DNA of 57,840 nucleotides, taken from assembly GCA_945862225.1 (NCBI GenBank), contig CAMAXG010000001.1, positions 1 through 57,840 of the forward strand, given 5' to 3'. Position 1 is the first letter of the stretch. Each line of letters opens with the position of its first letter. Shown in pieces: positions 18,258-28,148 of this stretch. The translations under genes and the position numbers were made by a program. Source of the stretch: Thermoflexus hugenholtzii JAD2 (GTDB taxonomy: Bacteria; Chloroflexota; Limnocylindria; Limnocylindrales; Limnocylindraceae). The notes under the pieces are model-generated. The model was not told the DNA's origin and ran no database searches. It was given only the letters and a program-made list of their open reading frames with translations.

Positions 18258-19544
18258 TTAGAGCAGCTTCGCGGTCGAGTTGCGTTTCAATCGCTTGAGT
18301 TCGCTGGCCATTTCGGCTGTGGCAAAACCTGTGACATGGAGCGCATCCTCGTCGTAGGCCACCTGGATGCCGCCCCTAGCGCGAATCGCCTCAACCTCCC
18401 CCACTGCCGTGTATGGGAGTCGGAGGTCCACAGGGGTTCCTTGGCGCTGTAGTGCCTCTTCTAGGGCGCTGCGGAGCGGGCCAAGCCCGAGCCCCGTAGC
18501 CGCCGAAACGCCCAGCGCTGAAGCGTCAATCTCGCGTGGGTGCATCTGTGCGGCGTCGATCTTGTTGGCAGCAATGACGCGCGGCTTTTCGGAGGCGCCG
18601 AGCTCATCAAGGACGGCCTGCACCGTGGCGCGGTGCTCTAGGGCGTGATGGTCTGAGGCGTCGACAACCTCAAGGAGAAGGTCGGCGCGGGAGACCTCTT
18701 CGAGGGTGGCCCGGAATGCGTCGACCAGTTGATGTGGCAGCTTATGGATAAACCCCACGGTATCCGTGACGATGGCGTGTAGACCACCGGGGAGACGGAC
18801 CCTTCGGCTCGTTGGATCAAGGGTGGCGAAGAGGCGATCCTCAGCCAGCACCACGCTGCTCCCAACGAGACTATTGAGGAGCGTCGACTTACCCGCGTTC
18901 GTGTAGCCAACGATGGCCACGGTTGGCTCACCGCGTGTGGTGCGGCTCTTTGCGCCCGTCTCGCGGCTGCGACGTACCTGGTCGACGCGCGCCTTCATGA
19001 CCGAGATGCGATCGCGGATCAGTCGGCGGTCAGTTTCAAGCTGTGACTCACCAGGGCCGCGCGTACCGATGCCGCCGCCTGTACGCGAAAGGTGCGTCCA
19101 CAGCTTGGTGAGCCGGGGCAGTTGGTATTCGAGCTGCGCGAGCTCCACCTGGAGGCGACCCTCACGCGTTCTAGCGTGCAAGGCAAAGATGTCGAGGATG
19201 AGTCGGCTCCGGTCAATCACCTTCACGCCGAGCACCTCTTCAAGGCCACGCTGCTGCGTCGGCGAAAGCTCGTCATCGGCGATCAGGACCGTAAAGCCCG
19301 TCTCAACCTTGGCTGCAAGCAACTCTTGCGCCTTACCAGCGCCAATGTAGGTGTCGGGGTCAGGGTGTCGTCGCTGCTGCCACTCAGCGCCAACAACTTC
19401 AGCGCCCGCCGTGCGCGCGAGGCTTGCAAGCTCCTGGAGGCTATCCTCGGCCGGCCAGCCCACGTCGCTACCAGTGTCTACTGCGATGAGGAAGGCGCGC
19501 TCTGGCGCAGGCGTCAGGTCAATCGGTGCAGTTCTTTTCGTCAC
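18258..19544 (-). CDS. hflX: GTPase HflX
   Basis: ERAFLIAV N-domain, GYTNAGKSTLLN G1, DTVGFI. I prefer GTG at 19544, just after the miaA stop. The track start at 19619 would overlap miaA by 68 nt. Confidence 0.85.
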   Translation of the reverse strand: MTKRTAPIDLTPAPERAFLIAVDTGSDVGWPAEDSLQELASLARTAGAEVVGAEWQQRRHPDPDTYIGAGKAQELLAAKVETGFTVLIADDELSPTQQRGLEEVLGVKVIDRSRLILDIFALHARTREGRLQVELAQLEYQLPRLTKLWTHLSRTGGGIGTRGPGESQLETDRRLIRDRISVMKARVDQVRRSRETGAKSRTTRGEPTVAIVGYTNAGKSTLLNSLVGSSVVLAEDRLFATLDPTSRRVRLPGGLHAIVTDTVGFIHKLPHQLVDAFRATLEEVSRADLLLEVVDASDHHALEHRATVQAVLDELGASEKPRVIAANKIDAAQMHPREIDASALGVSAATGLGLGPLRSALEEALQRQGTPVDLRLPYTAVGEVEAIRARGGIQVAYDEDALHVTGFATAEMASELKRLKRNSTAKLL

Positions 19545-19551
19545 TGTCCCT

Positions 19552-20505
19552 CTAGCGTACCGCGATCCGCAGCGCGTGCGGAAGAAGGATCTGGGCAATC
19601 TCGTCTGCTGAGCGTCCATCGGTTGGGATCGTTTCGGCTAGATCCTCGCCGCGGTACCAGGTGCGCTGCCTACGGGCGTAGGCCCAGGTGCGCGTTGCCG
19701 CTGTGCCGATGGCGCGCTCACGATCCATAGTTTGATCAATGTACGCCTGAGCTTCGCGGTATCCGATGCCAGAGAGGGCTGGAGTTTCAGCTGGAAGGCG
19801 TGCCGCTAGCTGTGCAGTCTCTTCGACGAGCCCTCCATCGAACTGCGCACGTACACGTGCGGTAATTGCGGCACGGTGTCGCTCAAAGTCAACGTCGTCA
19901 AGCTGCACGTATGCCGTTGGTGCGCTCCATGGATTCTCCTCTTCGGCGAGCGGATCACCACCGAGGCGAACAATCTCTAGCGTCCGAATGAGGCGCCGAG
20001 CGCTCGCGGTGGCCACGGCGTCTGCCGCTGCCGGGTTCCGCTCGCGGAGCTCCTTATCAAGTGGTTCGCGGCCCACATTGGCGAACTGCAGCTCAAGCTG
20101 CTCACGAATGAGGGGGTTGCTTGGTCGAGCACCGCCTGAGAGGAAGCCCTTCAGCAGGCCGCGCTGATAGAGGCCGGTACCGCCCACCACGATGGCGATC
20201 CCCCCTCCCCCGCTCGTTTGGGCGTGCCCAGCGATCGCGGCACGTGCGGCGTCGAGCCAGTCGTAGAGGGTGAACGAGTCGCTCGCCTCTGCAATATCGA
20301 TACACGCGTGCGGACGAACCGCACGAATCTCGGTGCTGATCTTGTCGGTACCGATATCAAAGCCACGAAACACCTGGCGTGAATCTGCTGACACCACGAC
20401 CGAACTCACTCCCGCAGCGTCGAGGGCGTTGGCCAGCGCAAGCGCTGCGGCGCTCTTCCCTACCGCGGTCGGACCACCAATCGCAAGGATCGGTAGGGTC
20501 GGCAT
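19552..20505 (-). CDS. miaA: tRNA dimethylallyltransferase
   Basis: ILAIGGPTAVGKS P-loop. ATG at 20505 lies 1 nt after the rny stop. The alternative is TTG at 20523. Confidence 0.85.
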   Translation of the reverse strand: MPTLPILAIGGPTAVGKSAAALALANALDAAGVSSVVVSADSRQVFRGFDIGTDKISTEIRAVRPHACIDIAEASDSFTLYDWLDAARAAIAGHAQTSGGGGIAIVVGGTGLYQRGLLKGFLSGGARPSNPLIREQLELQFANVGREPLDKELRERNPAAADAVATASARRLIRTLEIVRLGGDPLAEEENPWSAPTAYVQLDDVDFERHRAAITARVRAQFDGGLVEETAQLAARLPAETPALSGIGYREAQAYIDQTMDRERAIGTAATRTWAYARRQRTWYRGEDLAETIPTDGRSADEIAQILLPHALRIAVR

Positions 20506-20506
20506 G

Positions 20507-22033
20507 CTATCGGGCGTAATCAACCGCCCGTGTCTCTCGGATCACCGTCACGCGAATCTGGCCCGGATAGGCAAGCTGCTCTTCGATGCGCTTGACGACC
20601 TCGTGGGCAATCGTGCGCGCCTGTTCGTCAGTGACCTGATCAGGTCGAACGAGGATGCGTACCTCGCGGCCGGCCTGCACGGCGTAGACCTTCTCGACAC
20701 CTTCAAATCCGAGTGCGATCTGCTGTAGGTCTTCAAGCCGACGGAGGTGTGCCTCACCCTGGTCGCCACGTGCGCCAGGTCGTGCGGCGCTGATCGCGTC
20801 TGCGACCTGCACGATTGGTGCCTCGCGAGCAGTGCACTCCACCTCCTGATGGTGTGCAGCGATCGCGTTGACGATCCCCTCTGGCATGCCATGACGACGT
20901 GCCAGATCGGCGCCGATCGCCGCGTGGGTGCCTTCAATCTCATGGTCAAGCGCCTTACCAATGTCATGGAGCAGCCCGCCAACCTTTGCGGCGCGAATGT
21001 CCATGCCAAGCTCGCCGGCGACAGCGCCTGCGACCTGTGCGGTTTCAATTGAGTGCAGCAAGACGTTCTGACCGAACGAGGTGCGCCACTGCAGACGGCC
21101 GAGGATGCGCAACAGTTCCGTTGGAATACCAGTCACGCCTACCTTGAGTGCGGCAGCCTCACCATTCTTCAGTGAGTCGGCATCAACCTCACCCTGGGCC
21201 TTCGCCACGATCTCTTCGATGCGAATCGGGTGGATGCGACCGTCCTGCATGAGACGCTCAAGAGCAACACGCGCCACCTGGCGACGCACTGGGTCGAACG
21301 ATGAGAGCGTCACCTGGAGTGGGGTTTCATCGATGAGCAGCTCGACGCCAGTGGCGGCCTCAAGAGCGCGAATGTTGCGCCCCTCGCGACCAATGAGGCG
21401 ACCCTTCATCTCGTCGCTAGCGAGCTTCACGTGCGTCACGGAGTGCTCGGCGCTATGGTCCGCCGCGACGCGCTGCATCGCCGTGAGGATCATGTCGCGT
21501 GCTCGGTCGGCCGCATCCTCTTGCGCACGTCGCTCCAGGGTTGCCTGGAGACGCTTCGTCTCACGCTCAGCCTCTTCGGTGAATCGCGAGAGCACCTCGG
21601 TTCGAGCAGCTTCGGGATCGAGTCCGGCAACCTCTGCAAGGCGCGTGTTGACGTTGGCACGCGCCACATCGAGCGCAACGGACTCATCAACGAGGGTGCG
21701 CTCGCGCTCTGCGATGGCGACCTCTCGACCGGCAAAGAAGCTCTCTCGCTCACCAAGGGTGACTTCACGAAGGCGAAGGCGTTCAGCCTCGGCTGCCGCC
21801 GCCTCGCGGTCGGCCTGCTGGGCGAGTTCGGCCTCGGCACGAAGGCGTGAGATCTCGCCCTTTGCGCCGATGACCAGGGTGCTCTGCTGCTGGCGCGCCT
21901 CCTCGAGAATGGTGGCGGCCCTACGGTTCGCGGCTCGAATAGAGGCGGCGGCGATCACGCTTCGTAGCGCGAGTCCAGCTCCTACGCCGAATAGAGCAAA
22001 CAACACGGGGGCGATCCCGTTCAAATCAGGCAT
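20507..22033 (-). CDS. rny: Ribonuclease Y
   Basis: N-terminal TM helix, coiled-coil, KH (GREGRNIRALE), HD (LLHDIGKALDHE). ATG at 22033 is preceded by GGAGAG. The track start at 22141 adds a non-homologous leader. Confidence 0.9.
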   Translation of the reverse strand: MPDLNGIAPVLFALFGVGAGLALRSVIAAASIRAANRRAATILEEARQQQSTLVIGAKGEISRLRAEAELAQQADREAAAAEAERLRLREVTLGERESFFAGREVAIAERERTLVDESVALDVARANVNTRLAEVAGLDPEAARTEVLSRFTEEAERETKRLQATLERRAQEDAADRARDMILTAMQRVAADHSAEHSVTHVKLASDEMKGRLIGREGRNIRALEAATGVELLIDETPLQVTLSSFDPVRRQVARVALERLMQDGRIHPIRIEEIVAKAQGEVDADSLKNGEAAALKVGVTGIPTELLRILGRLQWRTSFGQNVLLHSIETAQVAGAVAGELGMDIRAAKVGGLLHDIGKALDHEIEGTHAAIGADLARRHGMPEGIVNAIAAHHQEVECTAREAPIVQVADAISAARPGARGDQGEAHLRRLEDLQQIALGFEGVEKVYAVQAGREVRILVRPDQVTDEQARTIAHEVVKRIEEQLAYPGQIRVTVIRETRAVDYAR

Positions 22034-22168
22034 GACGCTCTCCTGCCAGGCTGGCCCCGCGGCCTGGCTCGCGGTAAATAGGTCAAATGCCCAGCCAAAG
22101 GCTGGAGAACAGAGGCTACGCCTACCCGCCAGATCGGTCAAACGCCCATGGCGTTGAGCGTGGCGGGG

Positions 22169-22777
22169 CTACTCCCCCTCCGCGTCGCCCTCTGTCACTG
22201 GGGTCTGGGATTCAGCTTCGACACGTTCCCGGGCCAGGCGCCAGGAGAGGGCGCTCGGGAAACCCCGTCGGGCGAGCCCCTGGGCCAGTCGCTGTACCTC
22301 GGCGCGGACGTCACCGCCACGTAGGCGCAACTTGGCGAGGGCGGCTCGTGCAGCGCGCTCCTCTGCCCCCTCCGCATGCTCTTCAACGACGCGCAGGGTC
22401 GCCCCCCAGACGGGCTCCGTGCTTTGTGCCTCTCCTGCTGCGCGCTGCGCCAGCAGCCGCTGCGCGAGCTCGTCATCGATGCCGCGGCGCCTCAGCTCTT
22501 GCAGGAGCGCGCGATCGCCACGTTGCCGCGAACGGTCACGCGAATCGAGGAGCGCCTGCCCAAACCGTTCGTCGTCAATGAGACCGATCTCAACAAGGCG
22601 CGCAACTGCGGTGCGCACATGCTCTTCCGGGTATCCCGCGGTGATCAGACGCTCTTCGAGACTCTTGCGCGAGCGCGGTGCACCGCTGAGCGAGCGTGCA
22701 GCAGCCTCCAATACATCGGAGGCCTCTGCCGCTGCTCGGCGGGCTTTCTGCGCTTCAGGGTCGCGGCGACGCGCCAC
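22169..22777 (-). CDS. recX: Recombination regulator RecX
   Basis: 202-aa helical-repeat protein immediately downstream of recA. Sequence similarity was judged by eye only. Confidence 0.7.
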   Translation of the reverse strand: MARRRDPEAQKARRAAAEASDVLEAAARSLSGAPRSRKSLEERLITAGYPEEHVRTAVARLVEIGLIDDERFGQALLDSRDRSRQRGDRALLQELRRRGIDDELAQRLLAQRAAGEAQSTEPVWGATLRVVEEHAEGAEERAARAALAKLRLRGGDVRAEVQRLAQGLARRGFPSALSWRLARERVEAESQTPVTEGDAEGE

Positions 22778-22786
22778 GACGCACCG

Positions 22787-23869
22787 TTACTCCGCTTCGG
22801 GAGCGACGGCGACAGGAACCTCAAGCGTCGTCGACATTGCGCGAAGTTTCGCGTCAATCTCAGCGGCCACCTCAGGATTCGCCTTGAGGAACTCCTTCGA
22901 CTGCTCTCGGCCCTGGCCGAGTCGCACGTCGCCATAGTTGAACCAGGCGCCGGTCTTGGAGACCACGTCAGCAGCGACGCCGACGTCAAGCAGACCGCCC
23001 GCCATGCTGATCCCTTCGCCGTACATGATGTCGAACTCTGCAATGCGGAACGGTGCGGCCACCTTGTTCTTCACAACCTTCACGCGCACGCGAGATCCCA
23101 CCGCCTCGGTGGAGTTCTTAATGGTTTCAATGCGGCGAATATCGAGGCGCACTGAAGCGTAGAACTTCAGCGCACGACCGCCTGGGGTCGTCTCTGGACT
23201 GCCGTACATGACGCCGATCTTCTCGCGCAGCTGATTCGTGAAGAGGAGCACCGTGTTTGATCGGGCTACTGCACCGGTCAACTTACGGAGCGCCTGGCTC
23301 ATGAGTCGAGCTTGAATGCCGACAAACGAGTCGCCCATCTCACCCTCGATCTCGGCGCGTGGCACAAGTGCCGCAACCGAGTCGACAACGACAATGTCGA
23401 CGCCGCCAGAACGAATCAGTGTTTCTGCGATCTCGAGCGCCTGCTCGCCGGTGTCTGGCTGGCTCACAAGCAGTTCGTTCACGTTCACGCCTGTCTGTGC
23501 GGCGTACGCCGAGTCAAGTGCGTGCTCAACATCAATGAAGGCGGCGACGCCACCGCGGCGCTGGGCCTCGGCGATGATGTGCTGGGCAATCGTGGTCTTA
23601 CCCGACGATTCTGGCCCGTAGATCTCGCTGATGCGGCCCTTTGGAAGGCCACCAACACCGAGGGCGATGTCGAGTGAGATCGCTCCGGTTGGGATGGAAT
23701 CAATTGCGAGACGCTCGCGCGAGCCGAGCTTCATGATCGCTCCGCGACCGAACTGCTTTTCAATGGTGAGGATCGCCGCGTCAACTGCGCGGGTGCGCTC
23801 AGTGGAGGGCTTCCCCTCCTCCTTTGGTTCGACGGCTGCGCTCTTCTTGGATTCGCTCTTCTCTGCCAT
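22787..23869 (-). CDS. recA: Recombinase RecA
   Basis: [12 protein letters not shown] Walker [11 protein letters not shown]2 loop region. Strong AAGGAG SD 6 nt upstream. Confidence 0.97.
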   Translation of the reverse strand: MAEKSESKKSAAVEPKEEGKPSTERTRAVDAAILTIEKQFGRGAIMKLGSRERLAIDSIPTGAISLDIALGVGGLPKGRISEIYGPESSGKTTIAQHIIAEAQRRGGVAAFIDVEHALDSAYAAQTGVNVNELLVSQPDTGEQALEIAETLIRSGGVDIVVVDSVAALVPRAEIEGEMGDSFVGIQARLMSQALRKLTGAVARSNTVLLFTNQLREKIGVMYGSPETTPGGRALKFYASVRLDIRRIETIKNSTEAVGSRVRVKVVKNKVAAPFRIAEFDIMYGEGISMAGGLLDVGVAADVVSKTGAWFNYGDVRLGQGREQSKEFLKANPEVAAEIDAKLRAMSTTLEVPVAVAPEAE

Positions 23870-23872
23870 GGG

Positions 23873-25027
23873 TTACTCCTTATCTTCCGACGCTACAGCC
23901 CTCTTCTGCTGAGCTCCTCGAAGTCTGCCTGCCTCGGCGTACCGCGGCTGCATCGCACCGCGCTCTGGCACGGCGCCCGGCTCGTCGCCGGCTCCAAGTC
24001 GGGGGGTCCCCGGCCCCCCAGCCGCAGCCCGAAGGCGCGGCAGTTCAGCGGCGAGTGTACCCGATGCGATGGCTCTCCGAACCTCCCCCATGAAGGCGCT
24101 CATATGGCGCAGGTTGTGGATCGTGAGGAGGCGGTACGCCAGCAGCTCCTCCGCTCGGAAGAGGTGTGCCAGGTAGGCACGGCTGAAGCGCTTGCAGGTG
24201 CTGCAGTCACACTTGGCATCAACGGGCTCCTGCTCGTCGAGGTGGCGCGCGTTACGCAGATTGAGGCGTCCTCCCGTGACCCAGGCCTGCCCATTGCGGG
24301 CAACCCGGGCGGGCAGGACAGAATCGAAGAGGTCAACGCCACGGAGGACGGCTTCAAGGAGGTCCACTGGCGACCCGAGGCCCATCAGATACCGAACGCG
24401 CGGGTCACCCTCGAGCGCGGTAACGGTGGCGTCGATGGCAGTGTTGCGCTGCTCTGGGGTTTCGTCCCCCGCCAGCCCGCCAAGGTTGATCCCATCAAAC
24501 GGAAGTGCACGGATGTACGTCGCTGATTCAGCGCGCAACTCAGGGTTGATTCCGCCCTGCGCGATGCCGAAGAGCGCCTGGCCCGGACGGTTGTGCGCTC
24601 GCAACGAACGAACCGCCCAACGATGCGTGCGATCCATTGCGCGGCGCACCTCACAGTCGGTACTCCCCTCTGGCATCACCGGCTGATCAAAGGCAACGGC
24701 GATGTCGGGGCCGAGCGCTTGCTGTACCTCAATCGAACGCTCTGGCGTGAAGAGGTGCATGGAACCATCGAGATGGCTGCTGAACTTCGCACCCTCCTCG
24801 TTGATGCGCATCAGCGGCCCAAGGGAGACAACCTGAAATCCACCCGAGTCGGTCAGGATCGGTCGATCCCACTGCATGAACTCGTGAAGACCACCGAAAC
24901 GCTGCACCCGCTCATGCCCTGGGCGCAAGTAGAGGTGATAGGTATTCGCAAGGATGATCTGTGCGCCAAGCGCCTTCAGATCTTCTGGATCGAGTGACTT
25001 CACGGTAGCGTTCGTGCCAACAGGCAT
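23873..25027 (-). CDS. tgt: tRNA-guanine transglycosylase (queuine tRNA-ribosyltransferase). Coordinates give the ATG-initiated minimum; the true start is probably upstream (at or beyond 25108).
   Basis: FMPVGT, LTDSGGFQ, CDCSTCKRFSRAYLAHL zinc motif. The conserved N-terminal ARAGELRLGHGVVQTPDF is encoded in frame upstream of the first ATG (25081-25028). Confidence 0.85.
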   Translation of the reverse strand: MPVGTNATVKSLDPEDLKALGAQIILANTYHLYLRPGHERVQRFGGLHEFMQWDRPILTDSGGFQVVSLGPLMRINEEGAKFSSHLDGSMHLFTPERSIEVQQALGPDIAVAFDQPVMPEGSTDCEVRRAMDRTHRWAVRSLRAHNRPGQALFGIAQGGINPELRAESATYIRALPFDGINLGGLAGDETPEQRNTAIDATVTALEGDPRVRYLMGLGSPVDLLEAVLRGVDLFDSVLPARVARNGQAWVTGGRLNLRNARHLDEQEPVDAKCDCSTCKRFSRAYLAHLFRAEELLAYRLLTIHNLRHMSAFMGEVRRAIASGTLAAELPRLRAAAGGPGTPRLGAGDEPGAVPERGAMQPRYAEAGRLRGAQQKRAVASEDKE

Positions 25028-25185
25028 GAAGTCTGGTGTCTGTACGACGCCGTGACCTAACCGCAGCTCGCCCGCTCGAGCGCGCGATGACTTGTCTTGT
25101 GCGGTAATCGTGAACTGTGCGGCGCCACCGGCGCGCGCTGGCAGCGTGGCCGGATCAGAGAGCGTAGCGAACTGTTCTGATCGGT

Positions 25186-26190
25186 TCAGCGCTTCCCCCA
25201 GAGTGAACCCGCGTCTTTGCCGAGATGGACGCGTGCAGCTTCAGTGACAACACGACCCTGTGGCGTGCGGTCAATGAAGCCGATGCGCAGCAGGTACGGC
25301 TCAAAGACATCTTCCAGCGCGTCGGCAGACTCACCGAGCAGCGCCGCCATGGCGGCAACGCCGACTGGTCCCCCATTGAACTTGTCGATCATGACGGTTA
25401 GCAGCTTTCGATCCGTCGCATCAAGACCCGCCTCGTCGATCTGCAGGCCCTGCAGTGCCTGCGCCGCTGCCTCAACGGTGATGTTCGTGGAACCAGCTAC
25501 CTGCACCTCGTCGCGCACGCGGCGCAAGAGGCGGTTCGCGACCCGCGGTGTGCCCCGGCTGCGTGCTGCGATAAGCGCGGCGGCGTCAGCGGCGATCTCA
25601 ATCCCGAGGATGCCGGCGGAGCGGCGGACGATTGCCGCGAGGTCACCATCGTCATAGAAGTCGAGTCGCTGCACAGCACCGAAGCGATCGCGCAGTGGCG
25701 AGGAGAGCATGCCGACGCGTGTTGTGGCACCAATGAGGGTGAATGGCGCAATGTCGAGTCGCAACGACTGCGCCGAACCACGGTTGCCGATGACGATGTC
25801 AATCGAACGATCTTCCATCGCGGGGTAGAGCACCTCTTCAACAGCTCGGCCGAGTCGGTGGATCTCATCAATGAAGAGCACCTGGCGTGGTGTGAGGTCG
25901 GTGAGAATCGCCGCCATCTGCCCGCCGTGCTCGATAGCGGGACCTGAGGTGAAGCGAATCTCTACTCCGAGCTCCTTAGCAACAATCGCTGCCAGAGTGG
26001 TCTTGCCGAGCCCTGGAGGTCCGTGTAGCAAGAGGTGGTCGGCAGCCTCTCCGCGTTCGCGCGCCGCCTGCAGCAACGTGGTGAGCGAGCGCTTCGCCTC
26101 AACTTGGCCGATGTACTCGCCGAGTGATGCGGGGCGCAGCGTGGTTTCGGCGCTCAGTTCCGCAGCGTCGGTGCGCGATTCGCCGCTCAT
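25186..26190 (-). CDS. ruvB: Holliday junction helicase RuvB
   Basis: [22 protein letters not shown]. Confidence 0.95.
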   Translation of the reverse strand: MSGESRTDAAELSAETTLRPASLGEYIGQVEAKRSLTTLLQAARERGEAADHLLLHGPPGLGKTTLAAIVAKELGVEIRFTSGPAIEHGGQMAAILTDLTPRQVLFIDEIHRLGRAVEEVLYPAMEDRSIDIVIGNRGSAQSLRLDIAPFTLIGATTRVGMLSSPLRDRFGAVQRLDFYDDGDLAAIVRRSAGILGIEIAADAAALIAARSRGTPRVANRLLRRVRDEVQVAGSTNITVEAAAQALQGLQIDEAGLDATDRKLLTVMIDKFNGGPVGVAAMAALLGESADALEDVFEPYLLRIGFIDRTPQGRVVTEAARVHLGKDAGSLWGKR

Positions 26191-26774
26191 GCCCGCTCCT
26201 TAAGGGCGGCGCGAAGGCGATCTGCGAGCGGCGCAGTGGCAAGTGCCGCGTTGGCAGAGACGGCAGCGGCCATCTCCTTTGCCTCTCTGGCTGGGAATCC
26301 GAGGCTACGGAGGGCGCCTTGCAGGTCACGATCTCCATCACCCTTGGCGCCCATCTCGGCCTCTGCAGATGCCTCTCGGCTCATACGGTCACCGAGTTCC
26401 ACAATGATGCGCGCTGCGAGCCGCTTCCCTACTCCGGGCGCCTTAGCGATGAGCGTCTCATCCCCGTCGACCAGCGCACGGCGCAAGAGATCTGGACCAT
26501 GCGTCGCAAGGAGGGCGATGGCTACCTTTGGCCCCACGCCGCTCACATCGAGCAAGGTGGCGAACAGGCGCGCCTGATCACGTGTCGGGAATCCAACAAG
26601 GGCTTCACTGTCTTCACGGACGATGTGGTGCAGATAGAGCTCAAGCACTGCACCTTCGGTTGCCGTGCCCAAAACTGCTGGAAGTGTGCGAATGCGCAGC
26701 CCGAGGCCGTTTGCGCTGATCACCACGGCATCATCTTCCACCCAGAGAACTGAGCCGCGGATGTGGGCGTACAT
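26187..26774 (-). CDS. ruvA: Holliday junction DNA-binding protein RuvA
   Basis: MYAHIRGSV... OB-fold start, HhH motifs ([21 protein letters not shown]). 4-nt overlap with ruvB. Confidence 0.9.
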   Translation of the reverse strand: MYAHIRGSVLWVEDDAVVISANGLGLRIRTLPAVLGTATEGAVLELYLHHIVREDSEALVGFPTRDQARLFATLLDVSGVGPKVAIALLATHGPDLLRRALVDGDETLIAKAPGVGKRLAARIIVELGDRMSREASAEAEMGAKGDGDRDLQGALRSLGFPAREAKEMAAAVSANAALATAPLADRLRAALKERA

Positions 26775-26776
26775 GA

Positions 26777-27364
26777 CTACGACCTCCCAGCGCGCAGGGC
26801 GGCACGTACGGCACGATCAAATCCACTCTCTGCTGCAACCGCCGCGGATGCAGAGCGATCAAGGCGCGACGAGCCGGACCGATGCTCAGGTTTTCGAGCG
26901 CCAGCACCCCAGAGCGCCAGAGCGAGCGCATCAGCCGCATCGTCAGGAGTTGGCGCGGTCTGCAGCGCGAGGAGCTTTGTAATCGCCTTGGTTACTGCCG
27001 CCTTGGTTGCACGGCCCTCTCCAGCGATCGCGCGCTTCATCTCGGAAGGCGTCGCTTCGACCACTTCAATCTTGTGGTCTGCGGCAATGAGAAGAGCCAC
27101 GCCGCGCACAGCACCGATCGCCACGGCGGACTGCACGTTGGATTGCGAAAAGATGCGCTCGATGGCGATGCGGTCTGGTCGGTGCTCATCAATGAGGCCA
27201 GTGATCCCATCCCGCAACATGGTGAGTCTCTCGCCGAGGGTCAGCGTTGCGGCGGTGCGGAGTGCGCCATGCGCAACATGTACTGGGCGTGCACCACCTG
27301 CATCTACAACGCCCCAGCCGAACGTTGCCGTTCCCGGGTCAAGTCCTAGGACCCGCATCTTCAT
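26777..27364 (-). CDS. ruvC: Holliday junction resolvase RuvC
   Basis: VLGLDPGTATFGWGVV and later acidic residues. Sits in the order yebC-ruvC-ruvA-ruvB. Confidence 0.9.
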   Translation of the reverse strand: MKMRVLGLDPGTATFGWGVVDAGGARPVHVAHGALRTAATLTLGERLTMLRDGITGLIDEHRPDRIAIERIFSQSNVQSAVAIGAVRGVALLIAADHKIEVVEATPSEMKRAIAGEGRATKAAVTKAITKLLALQTAPTPDDAADALALALWGAGARKPEHRSGSSRLDRSASAAVAAESGFDRAVRAALRAGRS

Positions 27365-28101
27365 CCAGCGATCTCGGCAAAGACCTCGGGGGGCACCTCG
27401 AAGTTCGCCGTTACGCGCTGCACATCGTCGAGCTCTTCGAGTGCATCAATCAGCTTGAAGTTCTTACGTGCATCATCCGCTGACACCTCGACGGTGGATT
27501 TCGCCACGATGCCTGACTCAGCGCTCTTTACCTTGATGCCGGCGGCTTCAAGGGCACCCTGAACGGCATGGATCTCTTGTGGGTCGGAATAGACGAAGAC
27601 GGTGCCTTCATCAGCTTCAACATCAGCGGCACCAGCCTCGATCGCCGCCTCCCCGACTGCCTCGAACGAACCGATGCACTCGATCACGCCACGAGCCTCG
27701 AACTGCCACGCAACGGCGCCGCTGCTCGCCAGAGCGCCACCAGACTTCGTAAAGAGGCTGCGGACCTCAGATGCCGTGCGATTGCGGTTGTCGGTGGCAG
27801 CTTCGACGAGCACGGCAACGCCACCCGGGCCGTACCCCTCGTACACGATCTCTTCATAGGCGTCGCTCTGCCCAAGGCCAGCGGCGCGCTCAATGGCACG
27901 CTTGATGTTGTCGTTCGGCATGTTGAGCCCACGACCCTTATCAATGGCGAGGCGCAGGCGCGGATTTGCGGCGGGGTCTGGGCCGCTAATGCGGGCGGCG
28001 ATGGTGATCTCGCGCGACACCTTGGTGAATTGGGCGGCGCGCTTCGCGTCGGTCGCCCCCTTGGCGCGCTTGATCGTTGACCATTTTGAATGTCCTGACA
28101 T
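27361..28101 (-). CDS. yebC: YebC/PmpR family transcriptional regulator
   Basis: MSGHSKWSTIKRAKGATDAKR signature N-terminus. Confidence 0.9.
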   Translation of the reverse strand: MSGHSKWSTIKRAKGATDAKRAAQFTKVSREITIAARISGPDPAANPRLRLAIDKGRGLNMPNDNIKRAIERAAGLGQSDAYEEIVYEGYGPGGVAVLVEAATDNRNRTASEVRSLFTKSGGALASSGAVAWQFEARGVIECIGSFEAVGEAAIEAGAADVEADEGTVFVYSDPQEIHAVQGALEAAGIKVKSAESGIVAKSTVEVSADDARKNFKLIDALEELDDVQRVTANFEVPPEVFAEIAG

Positions 28102-28148
28102 GCGGGGAGTATAGGCGAGGCGAGCGCACTCCCCCTTGGGATTAGGGG

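Noticed and set aside
21081-22157. A 358-aa ORF antisense to rny. Similar long shadow ORFs occur at 2035-2886, 3470-4318, 8869-9576, 13596-14363, 32346-32972, 34481-35389, 41611-42399 and 50551-51429.
   Set aside because: All are embedded opposite or out of frame with strongly supported genes. They are extremely Ser/Arg/Ala/Pro-rich and lack motifs. They are GC-driven open frames, not genes.
23870-24120. Search for a LexA/SOS box upstream of recA.
   Set aside because: No GAAC-N4-GTTC, TCGAAC-N4-GTTCGA or CTGT-N8-ACAG motif was found by eye on either strand. It is reported only as an absence, because a lineage-specific motif cannot be excluded without a matrix scan.
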